A stretch of 64,000 bases of DNA from Candidatus Poribacteria bacterium (GTDB lineage: Bacteria > Poribacteria > WGA-4E > WGA-3G): the NCBI GenBank assembly GCA_022827885.1, contig JAJEIP010000066.1, forward strand, positions 33,847 through 97,846, written 5' to 3'. How positions within the stretch are numbered: the stretch's first letter is position 1; every line of letters begins with the position of its first letter. The position numbers and the translations under genes are program-made. Of this stretch, positions 10,144 through 20,720 are shown in pieces. The notes beneath the pieces are model-generated. The model did no database searches. It saw nothing but the letters and a program-made list of their open reading frames with translations, and was not told where the DNA came from.

Positions 10144-12360
10144 ATGGTTGTATTTTTAATAAGTCTTATCTTACTTTGCCCGCTTGCCGCATTTACGGTC
10201 TTTGGGCTTTTGGGCTTGGGAAATCGGAGTTTCCAGCGACAGGACTATCTCTCCACTGCCGCAATGCTCATTGCACTCGTCTGTTCGTTCCTGTTGTTGG
10301 GAGAGATCGCTCCCGATCCAGAACCGCATACAGTTAATTGGATCTCGCTCGGTGGTGTTACCTTCTCTATGGGTTTTTATTTGGACAGCGTCACAGCGAT
10401 CATGCTGATTGTTGTCACGCTCGTCAGTAGCCTCGTTCATATTTTCTCTATGGGCTACATGCACGGCGATCCGAGATACCCACGGTTTTTTGCTTACCTT
10501 TCGCTCTTCTCTTTCTCAATGCTTTTCTTGGTCGTGTCGGATAACCTGCTCGGTATCTATATCGGTTGGGAACTCGTTGGACTCTGCTCCTATCTGCTCA
10601 TCGGTTTCTGGTTTGAAAAGAACTCCGCCGCGGATGCCTGTAAAAAAGCGTTCTTGACGACGCGTGTCGGTGATGTCGGTATGTTCATCGGCATGATGAT
10701 GCTCTTCACTAAGTTTAAAACGCTCTCGCTCTATGGAGAAGGCGGTATTTTTGCCCTTGTCGCCAGCCTGAATACCGGTGATATGGTATGGCTCTCGATC
10801 GCAGGGGTCCTCATCTTTTGCGGTGCTATCGGTAAATCCGCACAAGTGCCGCTGCATACATGGCTCCCTGATGCCATGGAAGGACCTACACCCGTCAGTG
10901 CCTTAATTCATGCTGCCACAATGGTTGCCGCCGGCGTATATCTTACCGCTCGGATGTTCCCTATCCTGACAGAAACCTCATCCCTCGTAATCGCCTATAT
11001 TGGTGGTATTACTGCACTCATCGCTGCGACTATCGCTATCGTCCGTTTCGACATTAAACGGGTTCTGGCATACTCCACGATTAGCCAACTCGGTTATATG
11101 ATGCTTGGGATTGGGGCTGGAAGTTATGTCGCGGGGCTTTTCCACCTCACGACACACGCCTTTTTCAAAGCACTCCTGTTTCTCGGTTCAGGGAGCGTCA
11201 TCCACGCCTTCCATGCCATGCATGCACACGCACATGACGATGAAAACGATCATGCCCACGATACACACGGACATGAACACGACGACCACGCTTTAGTCCA
11301 TGATCACGGTTCCGAAATTCCGCCCGATCAGGACATGCGGAACATGGGCGGATTGCGCCACAAAATGCCAATTACTTTTGTCACAATGCTCATCGCAACG
11401 TTGTCTATTTCTGGAGTGCCTTTTGTCTTCTCCGGTTTCTGGAGCAAGGACGCGATCTTAGGCGGCGTGCTCGGGCGAGCGATGGAATGGAACTCTGTCC
11501 ATCACTATCTCCTATTCGGGATAGCACTCTGTGCCGCTGGAATTACGGCATTCTATATGTTCCGACTGATTTTCATGACCTTCTTCGGCGAACCACGCAA
11601 TCAGGAAATGCACGACATGGCGCATGAATCCCCGAAGTCGATGACCGTGCCGCTCCTCATTTTGGCGGTTCTGAGTCTGCCTGTCGTGAATATACTTTGG
11701 TTTAACGAAAACTATGTTCAACCACCAGAACAACCGCATCTTCACGCACCACAGCATGCATACGCTTCACCTGACAGCAAAATGGACGAGGCGCGAGGCA
11801 CACTGTCACTCTTCGGCGTTTCTGAAGCCGTCGCAGCGGAAGAAAGCGGACACGATACACACGGCGCACACGCTGATGATGGACATCATGGACACGGTCC
11901 GGCACATACCATCGCGATGGTGCTGTCTATTTGCGCAGCTGGATTAGGTATATTCCTCTCATGGTTGTTCTACCACAAGAGGACTTTGTCTGCCGAATCT
12001 GTCGCAACGACTTTCCGACCGCTTTATAATCTGTTCTGGCATAAATACTACTTTGACGAGTTTTACGACGGTGTATTGGTCGCGCTAACCGTATGGAAAG
12101 CACGACTCTTCGCGCAATTCGATGGAACTGTCGTTGACGGTATCGTCAACGGTGTTGGAAAAGTGACGCGAGACTTCCTCGCTGTGTTCATCGGTGTTTT
12201 TGATAACCGTGTCGTTGATGGCGCGGTCAATCGAGTCGCTGAGGTTACGTGGGCAATCGGCGGAAGAGTCCGTCGGATCCAGACCGGCGCGATTCAGACC
12301 TATCTCTTCGTTGTGATCGCTGGAATTGTGTTGTTAATCTTAATTTTTCGGGCGTTGTAG
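10144..12360 (+). CDS. nuoL: NADH-quinone oxidoreductase subunit L
   Basis: GWELVGLCSYLLIGFW, GKSAQVPLHTWLPDAMEGPTPVSALIHAATMVAAG, HAFFKALLFL. Confidence 0.95.
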   Translation: MVVFLISLILLCPLAAFTVFGLLGLGNRSFQRQDYLSTAAMLIALVCSFLLLGEIAPDPEPHTVNWISLGGVTFSMGFYLDSVTAIMLIVVTLVSSLVHIFSMGYMHGDPRYPRFFAYLSLFSFSMLFLVVSDNLLGIYIGWELVGLCSYLLIGFWFEKNSAADACKKAFLTTRVGDVGMFIGMMMLFTKFKTLSLYGEGGIFALVASLNTGDMVWLSIAGVLIFCGAIGKSAQVPLHTWLPDAMEGPTPVSALIHAATMVAAGVYLTARMFPILTETSSLVIAYIGGITALIAATIAIVRFDIKRVLAYSTISQLGYMMLGIGAGSYVAGLFHLTTHAFFKALLFLGSGSVIHAFHAMHAHAHDDENDHAHDTHGHEHDDHALVHDHGSEIPPDQDMRNMGGLRHKMPITFVTMLIATLSISGVPFVFSGFWSKDAILGGVLGRAMEWNSVHHYLLFGIALCAAGITAFYMFRLIFMTFFGEPRNQEMHDMAHESPKSMTVPLLILAVLSLPVVNILWFNENYVQPPEQPHLHAPQHAYASPDSKMDEARGTLSLFGVSEAVAAEESGHDTHGAHADDGHHGHGPAHTIAMVLSICAAGLGIFLSWLFYHKRTLSAESVATTFRPLYNLFWHKYYFDEFYDGVLVALTVWKARLFAQFDGTVVDGIVNGVGKVTRDFLAVFIGVFDNRVVDGAVNRVAEVTWAIGGRVRRIQTGAIQTYLFVVIAGIVLLILIFRAL

Positions 12361-12456
12361 ATGAAATTTTTAATTGATGGCCGGCTGGACTGCGTTTCAC
12401 TTCCTCCCGCCCGCGTGGGGATATAAGGGATGTGCAGGTGCCTGGTATAGTATAAA

Positions 12457-12548
12457 ACCCGTAGCCCGTAACGAAGTGGAGGGCGGATACGAGGAAGGCA
12501 CGTCAAGGACGAAACCCACTTCATTACTCCGCAAGGTAAAATTAAAAA
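12457..12548 (+). repeat. ~90-bp interspersed element, copy ending at the nuoM ATG
   Basis: CCCGTAGCCCGTAACGAAGTGGAGGGCGGAT...CTCCGCAAGGTAAAATTAAAAA-ATG. Confidence 0.75.
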
Positions 12549-14060
12549 ATGTTACTATCGCTGATGATTTTTATCCCGTTGCTCGGGATGATCGCTGTTT
12601 TACTGCTGCCGCGCGAGTCGGAGGAACTGATTAAACGCGTTACGCTCCTCTTTACACTCATCCCACTCGCACTCGCAGTCGCTTTATTCATATCCTACGA
12701 CCGCTCGACTGCAGGAACACAGTACGTCGTTAACGTTCCTTGGATCCAAGCCTTTAATATCCAATATCACATCGGCATTGACGGACTCAGTGTGACGCTT
12801 CTGCTCCTCACTGCACTCTTAGGGCCCATCTGTGTTATTGCCTCTTGGCGAAACATCGAAAAAGGTATCAAGGCTTACATGGCGTTGTTCCTACTGCTTG
12901 AGACCGGAATGCTGGGTTTCTTCGTTGCCTTGGATCTATTCCTTTTCTACGTCTTCTTTGAACTGACACTCCTGCCGATGTACTTCCTTATCGGTATCTG
13001 GGGCGGACCGCGCCGCGAATACGCTGCAATTAAGTTCTTCCTCTATACGCTCTTTGGCAGTGTGTTAATGTTGGTTGCGATGATAGCGGTCTATCTCAAC
13101 AGTGGCGCACCAGGGGCACGAACTTTTGATATTCCGACACTTATTACATTAGCGTCTACAGAAGGACACGCCCTGCACAACCTCAACTTCCAGATCTGGG
13201 TCTTCCTCGGTTTCTTTGTCGGGTTTGCTGTAAAAGTGCCAATCTTTCCGTTCCATACGTGGCTTCCCGATGCACACGTCGAAGCACCGACAGCCATTAG
13301 CGTTATCCTTGCCGGGATTCTCCTAAAGATGGGAACTTATGGGTTGGTTCGGGTGAACATGGCAATGTTCCCACAAGGCTTGGATTTCTTCTGTAATGGG
13401 ATGGGTTTCTGGGGCAATAGTCTCGCACTTCTTGGATTTATTAATATCGTCTACGGATCCTTCTGCGCATTGGCACAAACCGACTTTAAGAAATTGGTCG
13501 CGTATTCCAGTATTGGACACATGGGTTTTGTCATCTTAGGGCTTTCCGCACGGAATGACAGCGGCATCACCGGTGCGATTCTTCAAATGTTTAACCACGG
13601 TGTCATCAGCGCGATGCTCTTCCTACTCGTCGGTGTCCTTTACGACAGGGCACACCATCGTGAAATCAATGGATTCGGCGGTCTGGGAACCAAAATGCCC
13701 GTCTATACCGGCATTACGACGCTTGCGTTCATGGCTTCTTTGGGACTCCCCGGCTTGAGTGGATTCGTCGGAGAGGCACTCTCCTTACTCGGTGCCTACG
13801 ATAAATTCAAACTGTTGACCATCTTATCCACTATCGGTATCGTTGTTGGTGCGGCATATTTCCTCTGGACGCTCCAAAGGGTTTTCTTAGGGACACTCAA
13901 CCCGAAATATGAAGACCTTCCCGAAATCAATGGACGTGAAATCTTGACATTGGTGCCGCTTGGAATCTTAACCATCGTGCTTGGTGTCTGGCCCAACTTC
14001 GCTATTGATATGTTCAGAGAGTCGGTTACCAGCCTCATCGGTGTCCTGCAGGTAAATTAA
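12549..14060 (+). CDS. nuoM: NADH-quinone oxidoreductase subunit M
   Basis: FYVFFELTLLPMY, VKVPIFPFHTWLPDAHVEAPT, LLKMGTYG. Confidence 0.95.
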   Translation: MLLSLMIFIPLLGMIAVLLLPRESEELIKRVTLLFTLIPLALAVALFISYDRSTAGTQYVVNVPWIQAFNIQYHIGIDGLSVTLLLLTALLGPICVIASWRNIEKGIKAYMALFLLLETGMLGFFVALDLFLFYVFFELTLLPMYFLIGIWGGPRREYAAIKFFLYTLFGSVLMLVAMIAVYLNSGAPGARTFDIPTLITLASTEGHALHNLNFQIWVFLGFFVGFAVKVPIFPFHTWLPDAHVEAPTAISVILAGILLKMGTYGLVRVNMAMFPQGLDFFCNGMGFWGNSLALLGFINIVYGSFCALAQTDFKKLVAYSSIGHMGFVILGLSARNDSGITGAILQMFNHGVISAMLFLLVGVLYDRAHHREINGFGGLGTKMPVYTGITTLAFMASLGLPGLSGFVGEALSLLGAYDKFKLLTILSTIGIVVGAAYFLWTLQRVFLGTLNPKYEDLPEINGREILTLVPLGILTIVLGVWPNFAIDMFRESVTSLIGVLQVN

Positions 14061-14246
14061 AAACGGCTTCTGTCAATGAGATAAGTTGGAAAGCCTGCAA
14101 CAATACGCAGAAACACCCCGCTGAATGCCACACGCGCGTTCAGCGTTGATTCGCAAAAACACGCAGGTGGATATACGCCGATAAACGGTATTGGACCAAC
14201 GCACCTGACCGAACCGCAAGGTATAATTAAAAAGTATAATTAAAAT

Positions 14247-15737
14247 ATGCAACCCTTAAGCAACATCGAAAGCCTCCTCTACTTCAGCCCAGAAATCCTC
14301 CTTGTGATTTTTGCCGCCGCTGTTGTGCTCCTTGATCTCGTCGTAAAGGATGGAGAAAGTTCCGCAGTCGCACATCTCTCTCTTGCAGGATGTATTTGCG
14401 TTTTCGCCGCTGTCCTTATCACACACTTCTCTTTCGGCGATGAAGGTCCTATTTCCCTCTTTTTGGGGATGGTCCGACTGGACGTGTTTTCCAGCTTTTT
14501 CAAGGTTTTATTGCTACTCGCAACCGCTGCAACGATTCTCTTTTCGCTCCGCTCCGATGAACTGGACGCCCGTTTGAAAGGCGAATACTATGCACTTTTG
14601 TTAGCCATCACCCTCGGAATGTTCCTGATGGCATCCTCGACAAATCTGTTGATGATATTCATCTCGTTGGAAACGGTAAGTCTTACCTCCTATATTCTCG
14701 CTGGGTTCTTGACACATAGCCCGCGTTCCAGTGAAGCCGCGTTTAAATACATAACCTATGGCGCAGTCGCCTCTGGCACCATGCTCTTCGGGTTGTCGCT
14801 CCTCTTCGGGATGACTGGCTCCGGCGATCTCGGTCAAATTAGCGTGCGACTCACCGAGTTCCTCGCATCTGGGGATATTACCCCTCTCGCTGTGCTAATT
14901 GCCATAACCTTCATTCTGGCAGGCGTAGGCTATAAGATCGCTTCAGTCCCGTTTCACATGTGGTCCCCTGATGTCTATGAAGGCGCGCCTATCCCAATCA
15001 CCGCCTTTCTGTCAGTCGCCTCAAAATCCGCAGGTTTTGCCCTGTTCATCAGGTTTTTCTATGCCGGGTTTGGCAACGCTGAATTGATGCAAGCTGTTGA
15101 TTGGACCCTGATGTTAGCGATAGTCTCTGCCTTGACGATGACTGTCGGAAATCTCGCCGCTTTACCACAACAGAATGTGAAACGTTTATTGGCGTATTCC
15201 AGCATTGCACACGGCGGTTACCTTTTAATGGGTGGGGTCCTGCTCACCTCTGAAGGCATTGGTGCGATCCTCTTTTATCTTGTTGTCTATCTCTTTATGA
15301 ACTTAGGCGCGTTTTATGTCGTTGTCCTGATTGCGAATGAGGAGGGGACTGAGATGATTGCGGGCTATCGCGGTCTCGCCTCGCGGGCACCGTTGGTCGC
15401 TTGGGCAATGGCGATTTTCCTCTTTTCGCTGACAGGGATTCCGCCCTTCGCGGGTTTCTTCGGAAAATGGCTACTCTTTGCCGCTGTTCTTGAGCAAGGG
15501 TATTATTGGCTCGCACTTGTCGGACTGCTCAATAGCGTCGTCTCGCTCTACTATTATGCCCGTATTGTGAAAGCGATGTTTCTCGAAGATGCTGGAGAGG
15601 AAACGACGCAGGTCTCCTTTTCTACCGGCACTTTTGCCCTCTTGAGCGTCTTTGTCATCCCAACGATCCTCATCGGATTCCTCAATATTTTCTATACCTT
15701 CTCCAATATCTCAGTCTCGGTCATGCCGATGCAGTAA
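14247..15737 (+). CDS. nuoN: NADH-quinone oxidoreductase subunit N
   Basis: EAAFKY, KIASVPFHMWSPDVYEGAP, KRLLAYSSIAHGGY, GIPPFAGFFGK. Confidence 0.95.
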   Translation: MQPLSNIESLLYFSPEILLVIFAAAVVLLDLVVKDGESSAVAHLSLAGCICVFAAVLITHFSFGDEGPISLFLGMVRLDVFSSFFKVLLLLATAATILFSLRSDELDARLKGEYYALLLAITLGMFLMASSTNLLMIFISLETVSLTSYILAGFLTHSPRSSEAAFKYITYGAVASGTMLFGLSLLFGMTGSGDLGQISVRLTEFLASGDITPLAVLIAITFILAGVGYKIASVPFHMWSPDVYEGAPIPITAFLSVASKSAGFALFIRFFYAGFGNAELMQAVDWTLMLAIVSALTMTVGNLAALPQQNVKRLLAYSSIAHGGYLLMGGVLLTSEGIGAILFYLVVYLFMNLGAFYVVVLIANEEGTEMIAGYRGLASRAPLVAWAMAIFLFSLTGIPPFAGFFGKWLLFAAVLEQGYYWLALVGLLNSVVSLYYYARIVKAMFLEDAGEETTQVSFSTGTFALLSVFVIPTILIGFLNIFYTFSNISVSVMPMQ

Positions 15738-15822
15738 ATTTCTATGGCTACGTTTACCTTGCGCAAAGTTTGTTTTCAAGGTATAATGTTCGGAGAGTGG
15801 TTATCCTTTTTAATTCCTAAAA

Positions 15823-16002
15823 ATGAAAAACCAGCATGGCACGAATGATAAACTCAAAGAAGAAATTGGCTGGTTAAAGGATGGAAAAGTTAACTCAGTT
15901 CTTTTTCTCATTGGAGCTCTTGCGGCAATTCTACTTACATTTTTAAATGTCTTGATTAATAGAATAGCATATCGAAAGATTGATGAATTGGAGGAAGATT
16001 GA
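15823..16002 (+). CDS. Small AT-rich membrane protein (59 aa), possibly degenerate
   Basis: Manual translation: MKNQHGTNDKLKEEIGWLKDGKVNSVLFLIGALAAILLTFLNVLINRIAYRKIDELEED; one hydrophobic segment. Confidence 0.45.
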   Translation: MKNQHGTNDKLKEEIGWLKDGKVNSVLFLIGALAAILLTFLNVLINRIAYRKIDELEED

Positions 16003-16103
16003 TGAATTGGATGGAATGGGTTATTGCGGGGGTATTTATTACTTTTCTTGCTGGTTTGGGTACAATCGTAGGCACCGCTATAAAACATGCGAACAAAAGT
16101 TAA
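16002..16103 (+). CDS. Small membrane peptide (33 aa)
   Basis: MNWMEWVIAGVFITFLAGLGTIVGTAIKHANKS; GGAGGA RBS and TGATG stop/start overlap with the upstream ORF. Confidence 0.45.
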   Translation: MNWMEWVIAGVFITFLAGLGTIVGTAIKHANKS

Positions 16104-16124
16104 ATTTACTTATCTGTCGAAAAA

Positions 16125-16153
16125 TTGACAAACGCGATTTCTTAAGGTATACT
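16125..16153 (+). promoter_or_regulatory. Sigma70 promoter of the tRNA pair
   Basis: TTGACA-17 bp-TATACT 30 bp upstream of tRNA-Gln. Confidence 0.8.
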
Positions 16154-16183
16154 TAAACATAACACGCCGCAAATGCGTGTTGA

Positions 16184-16254
16184 TGCCCGGTCGTCTAATG
16201 GTAGGACGCGTGGCTCTGGACCACGTAGTGAAGGTTCGAGTCCTTCCCGGGCAG
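16184..16254 (+). tRNA. tRNA-Gln (anticodon CTG)
   Basis: Cloverleaf: acceptor TGCCCGG/CCGGGCA, anticodon arm CGTGG-CT CTG GA-CCACG, T-loop TTCGAGT; CCA not encoded. Confidence 0.95.
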
Positions 16255-16275
16255 TTCTTTCTATTATATCAATGT

Positions 16276-16347
16276 GCCGCTATCGTCTAGGGGTTAGGAC
16301 GGGTGGTTCTCAGCCACCAAACCGGGGTTCGAATCCCCGTAGCGGTA
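16276..16347 (+). tRNA. tRNA-Glu (anticodon CTC)
   Basis: Cloverleaf: acceptor GCCGCTA/TAGCGGT, anticodon arm GGTGG-TT CTC AG-CCACC, T-loop TTCGAAT. Confidence 0.95.
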
Positions 16348-16363
16348 TCCTTTTCACTTGGAC

Positions 16364-16389
16364 GGGCGGGGTTTTCATAGCACCCGCCC
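16364..16389 (+). terminator. Hairpin after the tRNAs (possible terminator)
   Basis: GGGCGGG...CCCGCCC stem; weak U-tract. Confidence 0.45.
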
Positions 16390-16449
16390 ATTATCTTAAG
16401 AGCGCAGATACCTTCTGAGTTAGCGTCCCACACATTGGAGAAATGCCCC

Positions 16450-18513
16450 ATGCACGGTACACCCAAACACACCAACCGTCTTATCCATGAAACAAGCCCC
16501 TATCTGCTCCAGCACGCCCATAATCCTGTTGACTGGTATCCCTGGGGCGAAGAAGCATTGACGCGCGCCAAAGATGAGCAGAAGCCTATCCTCCTCAGTA
16601 TCGGCTACTCGGCGTGCCACTGGTGCCACGTCATGGAACGCGAATCCTTTGAAAATGAGGAGATTGCCGCGGTCATGAACGAACTTTTTATCAACGTCAA
16701 AGTTGATAGAGAGGAACGTCCCGATTTAGATGAAATCTACATGAACGCCGTCCAGATCATGACGCGTCAAGGTGGCTGGCCCATGACCGTCTTCCTCACG
16801 CCTGACCTGAAACCCTTTTACGGCGGAACCTATTACCCACCGACCGACAGATACGGGAGGCCCGGGTTTCCAAAGGTGATGCAAGCTGTTGCCGAAGCGT
16901 TCAGTGGTCAGAATGTGCAGGTCCTACAGCAGGCGGACCAAATTACCGCGCACCTTACCCAGATGAGTAACGTCGTTGACCCGCACCACCATGAACTCAC
17001 GGAAGAATTGATGACCCAGGCGTTTCAGCACTATCGCTCGCGATTCGATGCAAACCACGGTGGATTCGGCGATCCTCCCAAATTCCCACCCAGCATGGGA
17101 TTGCCCTTCCTCCTGCGCTATTGGCACTACAGCGGCAACGCCAACGCTTTAGAGATGGTCGAGCTTACACTGGAGAAGATGGCGCGCGGGGGTATGTATG
17201 ACCAACTCGGTGGCGGTTTCCACCGATATTCTACCGATGCACATTGGCTTGTCCCACACTTCGAAAAGATGCTTTATGACAACGCACAACTCGTTGTCGC
17301 CTATTTTGAGGCGTATCAAGCCACGCAGAAACCGTTCTATCGTGATATAGCCACAGAAACCCTCGATTACGTCCTCCGTGAGATGTACGACGCAGAAAAC
17401 GGCGGTTTCTATTCCACCCAAGATGCCGATAGTGAAGGCGTAGAGGGCAAATTCTTCGTCTGGGAACCCAACGATGTAGAGGATGTCGTCGGTGAAGAGA
17501 ACGCCGAAATTTTCTGTGAGTATTACGACATCACACCACAGGGCAACTTTGAAGGAGAGAACATCCTCAACGTCCAAGTGCCACCTGATGTCTTTGCTCG
17601 AAAGCTGCGGATAGATGTCGGGAAACTGGAAGCGCTCCTTGCAGATGGAAAGCAGAAGTTGTTTGATGAACGAGAGAAGCGGATTAAACCCGGATTAGAC
17701 GACAAAATCCTCACCAGTTGGAACGGAATCATGATCCGCGGCATGGCGATGGGATACCAACTTACTGGGAAACCTGAATACCTTGCGGCGTGTGAAAAAT
17801 CCGCTGCGTTCGTCTTGACGACCCTCTCACAAGAGGATGGACTCCTCTTACGCACCTATCGGACCGGTAAAAGTCACCTCAACGCCTATCTTGAGGACTA
17901 CGCCTACTTCATCGCCGGGTTAATCGCGCTCTACGAGGCCAGTTTTGAACCGCGGTGGCTCACTGAAGCCGAACGCCTTGCACACATCATGATCGATCAA
18001 TTCGGTGACGACGCAGGCGACGGATTTTTCTTCACCGGCAAAGCACACGAGACGCTGATCGTCCAATCCAAGTCCGCTTACGACGGTGCCACACCTTCCG
18101 GGGCATCTATGGCGATTCACAGCCTCCTGCGACTCGCCAAACACCTTGACAATTCTGAATTCCACGACAAAGCCGTTGAGACGTTATTGCTCTACTTCCA
18201 TCAGATGGAAGGGATGCCTTCAGGATCTGGACAACTACTCTGTGAATTAGCGTTCCTGCTATCAACACCGAAAGAGATTGCGATTGTTGGCGAAAAAGGG
18301 AATGTGAAAACGGAGGCGATGCTGGAAGCATTGCACGGCACATATCTGCCCAACAAAATCGTCGCCTTGAGCGAATCCGCTGACGGACAGACATTACCGC
18401 TCCTCACCGGCAAGACCCAAGTTGACAACACCGCAACCGCCTACGTCTGCGAGAATTACGTCTGCCAAGCCCCCACAACGGATGTTGAAGCATTTGTTGG
18501 GATGCTTCAGTAA
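16450..18513 (+). CDS. Thioredoxin domain-containing protein, YyaL/SPATA20 family
   Basis: [61 protein letters not shown]. Confidence 0.95.
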   Translation: MHGTPKHTNRLIHETSPYLLQHAHNPVDWYPWGEEALTRAKDEQKPILLSIGYSACHWCHVMERESFENEEIAAVMNELFINVKVDREERPDLDEIYMNAVQIMTRQGGWPMTVFLTPDLKPFYGGTYYPPTDRYGRPGFPKVMQAVAEAFSGQNVQVLQQADQITAHLTQMSNVVDPHHHELTEELMTQAFQHYRSRFDANHGGFGDPPKFPPSMGLPFLLRYWHYSGNANALEMVELTLEKMARGGMYDQLGGGFHRYSTDAHWLVPHFEKMLYDNAQLVVAYFEAYQATQKPFYRDIATETLDYVLREMYDAENGGFYSTQDADSEGVEGKFFVWEPNDVEDVVGEENAEIFCEYYDITPQGNFEGENILNVQVPPDVFARKLRIDVGKLEALLADGKQKLFDEREKRIKPGLDDKILTSWNGIMIRGMAMGYQLTGKPEYLAACEKSAAFVLTTLSQEDGLLLRTYRTGKSHLNAYLEDYAYFIAGLIALYEASFEPRWLTEAERLAHIMIDQFGDDAGDGFFFTGKAHETLIVQSKSAYDGATPSGASMAIHSLLRLAKHLDNSEFHDKAVETLLLYFHQMEGMPSGSGQLLCELAFLLSTPKEIAIVGEKGNVKTEAMLEALHGTYLPNKIVALSESADGQTLPLLTGKTQVDNTATAYVCENYVCQAPTTDVEAFVGMLQ

Positions 18514-18539
18514 CGCTTCCTACAACGCACCACATTTCT

Positions 18540-18672
18540 TACCCCCCTGATAAGGGGGGCAAGGGGGGTTATATATACTGTGCTTGATAAAAGACGCTAT
18601 ATCCCCTACAATAAAACTCTGACCGAAAAAGCGCGTGAAAACCGTAAAAATCCCCCTTATCAGGGGACTTCC
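18540..18672. repeat. Pair of CCCCC(T)-..TAAG/ATCAG-GGGG palindromic repeats
   Basis: CCCCCCTGATAAGGGGGG near 18542 and CCCCCTTATCAGGGG near 18652, in inverse orientation. Confidence 0.5.
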
Positions 18673-18754
18673 GGAGGATATCCTGTCACGGTGAGATCAA
18701 TGATCAATAGCGAAAAATGATTTATAGACCATAAAAGCATCGGAGGAAACGGTA

Positions 18755-19630
18755 ATGGCACACACAAGCGAAGCATTAACCGATTTAGATTGGCACCCAC
18801 TCTCCAATGAGGACATACAGCACTTTGACGATAAAGGCTACCTCATCATCCGAAATGTGCTGGACTCGGAGACGGTTGACAAACTGATTGAAGCGAGTGA
18901 TCGACTCATAGCGAGTGATCTGCGTGAGAAACGCCAAACATACCCCAACGGCTTATACGACGGCTTCCGAAATTGCGTCGCTACTGACGATGCCTTCATC
19001 CCACTACTGGCGCACAAGACAATGCTCTCCGTTGTGACGCAACTTCTCGGTGCACATTTGCAACTGGTGGTCTCACACCTGATATACAAATACCCCGATC
19101 CACCGGGCACACCCGATACCGCTCGCGTCCCGGGTTGGCATCGCGACTACGGCACCGCGACGAAGGTCCTTGGCGACAAGGTGCCACGTGTTTTACTAAA
19201 ATGCGCCTACTACCTGACCGATTTGAGTGAATCCAATTCCGGTGCAACACTCGTTGTTCCCGGAAGCAACAATCTTCCTGATCCGATTCCGGTCCCAGAA
19301 GGGCAGACGGATCCAAAGGGGGCATTTGAACCGAGTTTACGTCCTGGGGACTGCCTGTTGTTTGAGAACCGTATCTTGCACGCAGGAGGTGCCAACTTAA
19401 CCGATCAAATTCGTAAGGCTGTGATGTTCGGCTATGGGTACCGATGGCTGATGCCGCTGGACTATCGAACGCAGGAACAGACGCTGTTGGATAAACTATC
19501 GCCACTGGGTCAGTATCTGGTTGGAGAACCCTGCAAGAAAACGAAAGAATATTATGCCGGTGGTGGTGACAGCCCGCTCGCCGCATGGTGTGAAGAGCAC
19601 GGTGTTCCAGCGATAAGACCAATCCATTAA
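18755..19630 (+). CDS. Phytanoyl-CoA dioxygenase (PhyH) family Fe(II)/2OG oxygenase
   Basis: FDDKGYLIIRNVL, GWHRD (HxD), PGDCLLFENRILHAG. Confidence 0.9.
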   Translation: MAHTSEALTDLDWHPLSNEDIQHFDDKGYLIIRNVLDSETVDKLIEASDRLIASDLREKRQTYPNGLYDGFRNCVATDDAFIPLLAHKTMLSVVTQLLGAHLQLVVSHLIYKYPDPPGTPDTARVPGWHRDYGTATKVLGDKVPRVLLKCAYYLTDLSESNSGATLVVPGSNNLPDPIPVPEGQTDPKGAFEPSLRPGDCLLFENRILHAGGANLTDQIRKAVMFGYGYRWLMPLDYRTQEQTLLDKLSPLGQYLVGEPCKKTKEYYAGGGDSPLAAWCEEHGVPAIRPIH

Positions 19631-19635
19631 CCGAT

Positions 19636-19790
19636 CTATGTCAACGTAATAACGTCTTTTTTAACAACCTTTTGGTGCGCCTGAGAGATTAACGCCAGCG
19701 TTTTTGGCAAGAGCCGTTCTCTAATCTCTTCAGACACCCGACTCTTGCCACGGTGTTGCGATCTGTAACGTAAAGTACGAAACATTGAGA
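19636..19790 (-). pseudogene. 3' fragment of a PhyH gene (degenerate copy of the end of 20817..21626)
   Basis: Encodes TLRYRSQHRGKSRVSEEIRERLLPKTLALISQAHQKVVKKDVITLT versus TLRYRPQHRGESRVPPEVRTRLSPETLELISQAGHYDTKEIVKKDVITLT. Confidence 0.8.
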
Positions 19791-19839
19791 ACAAAAAAAC
19801 AAAGGATTGTCCCCGCTCCAAAACATCGGAGGAAAAGCA

Positions 19840-20715
19840 ATGGCACACGCAAACGAAGCAGCAATTGATATGGACTGGTATCCGCTCTCTGATGAAGACA
19901 TACGCCATTTTGACGACACAGGCTATCTCATCGTCCGGAACGTGCTGGATTCGGATACGCTTGGGGAACTCATTGAAGTCAGCGATCGACTCATGGCGAG
20001 CGAGCGACGTGAGAATCGCCAACACAACTCCAACAACCGATACGACAGTTTCCGAAATTGTATCTCTATTGACGATGCATTCATTCCCCTCATCGCGCAG
20101 GAGACCATCCTCCCTATTGTCGTGCAACTTCTCGGGGCAGACTTGCAACTGATGACCTCACACCTTATCTATAAACACCCGGATCCACCTGATACGCCAG
20201 ACACCGTCCGTATGCCGGGGTGGCACCGCGACTACGCTATCGCAACAAGAACACACGGTAACAAACTACCACGCATTTTACTAAAATGCGCCTACTACTT
20301 TACCGATTTGAGTGAACCCAATTCCGGCGCAACGCTCGTCGCTCCCGGTAGCAACAATCTCCTTGAACGGATCAGAATTCCAGAGGGGCAGGCAGATCCA
20401 GAAGGCGCCCTCGAACCGAGCCTGCAACCCGGCGATTGCCTACTGTTTGAGAATCGGATCTTTCATGCAGGGGCAACGAACCTGACTGGCCAGACCCGAA
20501 AAGCTGTGATGTTTGGCTACGGTTACCGTTGGGTGATGCCGATGGACTATCGGACACAGGAACAGACGGTGTTGGATAAGTTGTCGCCACTGGAGCAGTA
20601 TCTGGTCGGCGAACCCTTTAAAAAGACGAAAGAGTATCATCCGGGTGGCGGTGAAAACCCACTCGCGCCATGGTGTGAACAGCACGGCGCCCCAGCCGTG
20701 AGACCCGTCGATTAA
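19840..20715 (+). CDS. PhyH family dioxygenase (tandem paralog of 18755..19630)
   Basis: Colinear high similarity with the upstream gene; GWHRD, RIFHAG; shared CATCGGAGGAAA RBS region. Confidence 0.9.
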   Translation: MAHANEAAIDMDWYPLSDEDIRHFDDTGYLIVRNVLDSDTLGELIEVSDRLMASERRENRQHNSNNRYDSFRNCISIDDAFIPLIAQETILPIVVQLLGADLQLMTSHLIYKHPDPPDTPDTVRMPGWHRDYAIATRTHGNKLPRILLKCAYYFTDLSEPNSGATLVAPGSNNLLERIRIPEGQADPEGALEPSLQPGDCLLFENRIFHAGATNLTGQTRKAVMFGYGYRWVMPMDYRTQEQTVLDKLSPLEQYLVGEPFKKTKEYHPGGGENPLAPWCEQHGAPAVRPVD

Positions 20716-20720
20716 CGCAT

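Noticed and set aside
16184-16347. tRNA-anchored genomic island or prophage
   Set aside because: No integrase, and I saw no duplicated tRNA 3' end in the window
16173-16475. ORFs of 81 and 62 aa
   Set aside because: They overlap the two tRNA genes
19636-20148. 170-aa minus-strand ORF as a real gene
   Set aside because: Mostly antisense to the PhyH gene; only the last ~50 codons are a duplicated PhyH tail
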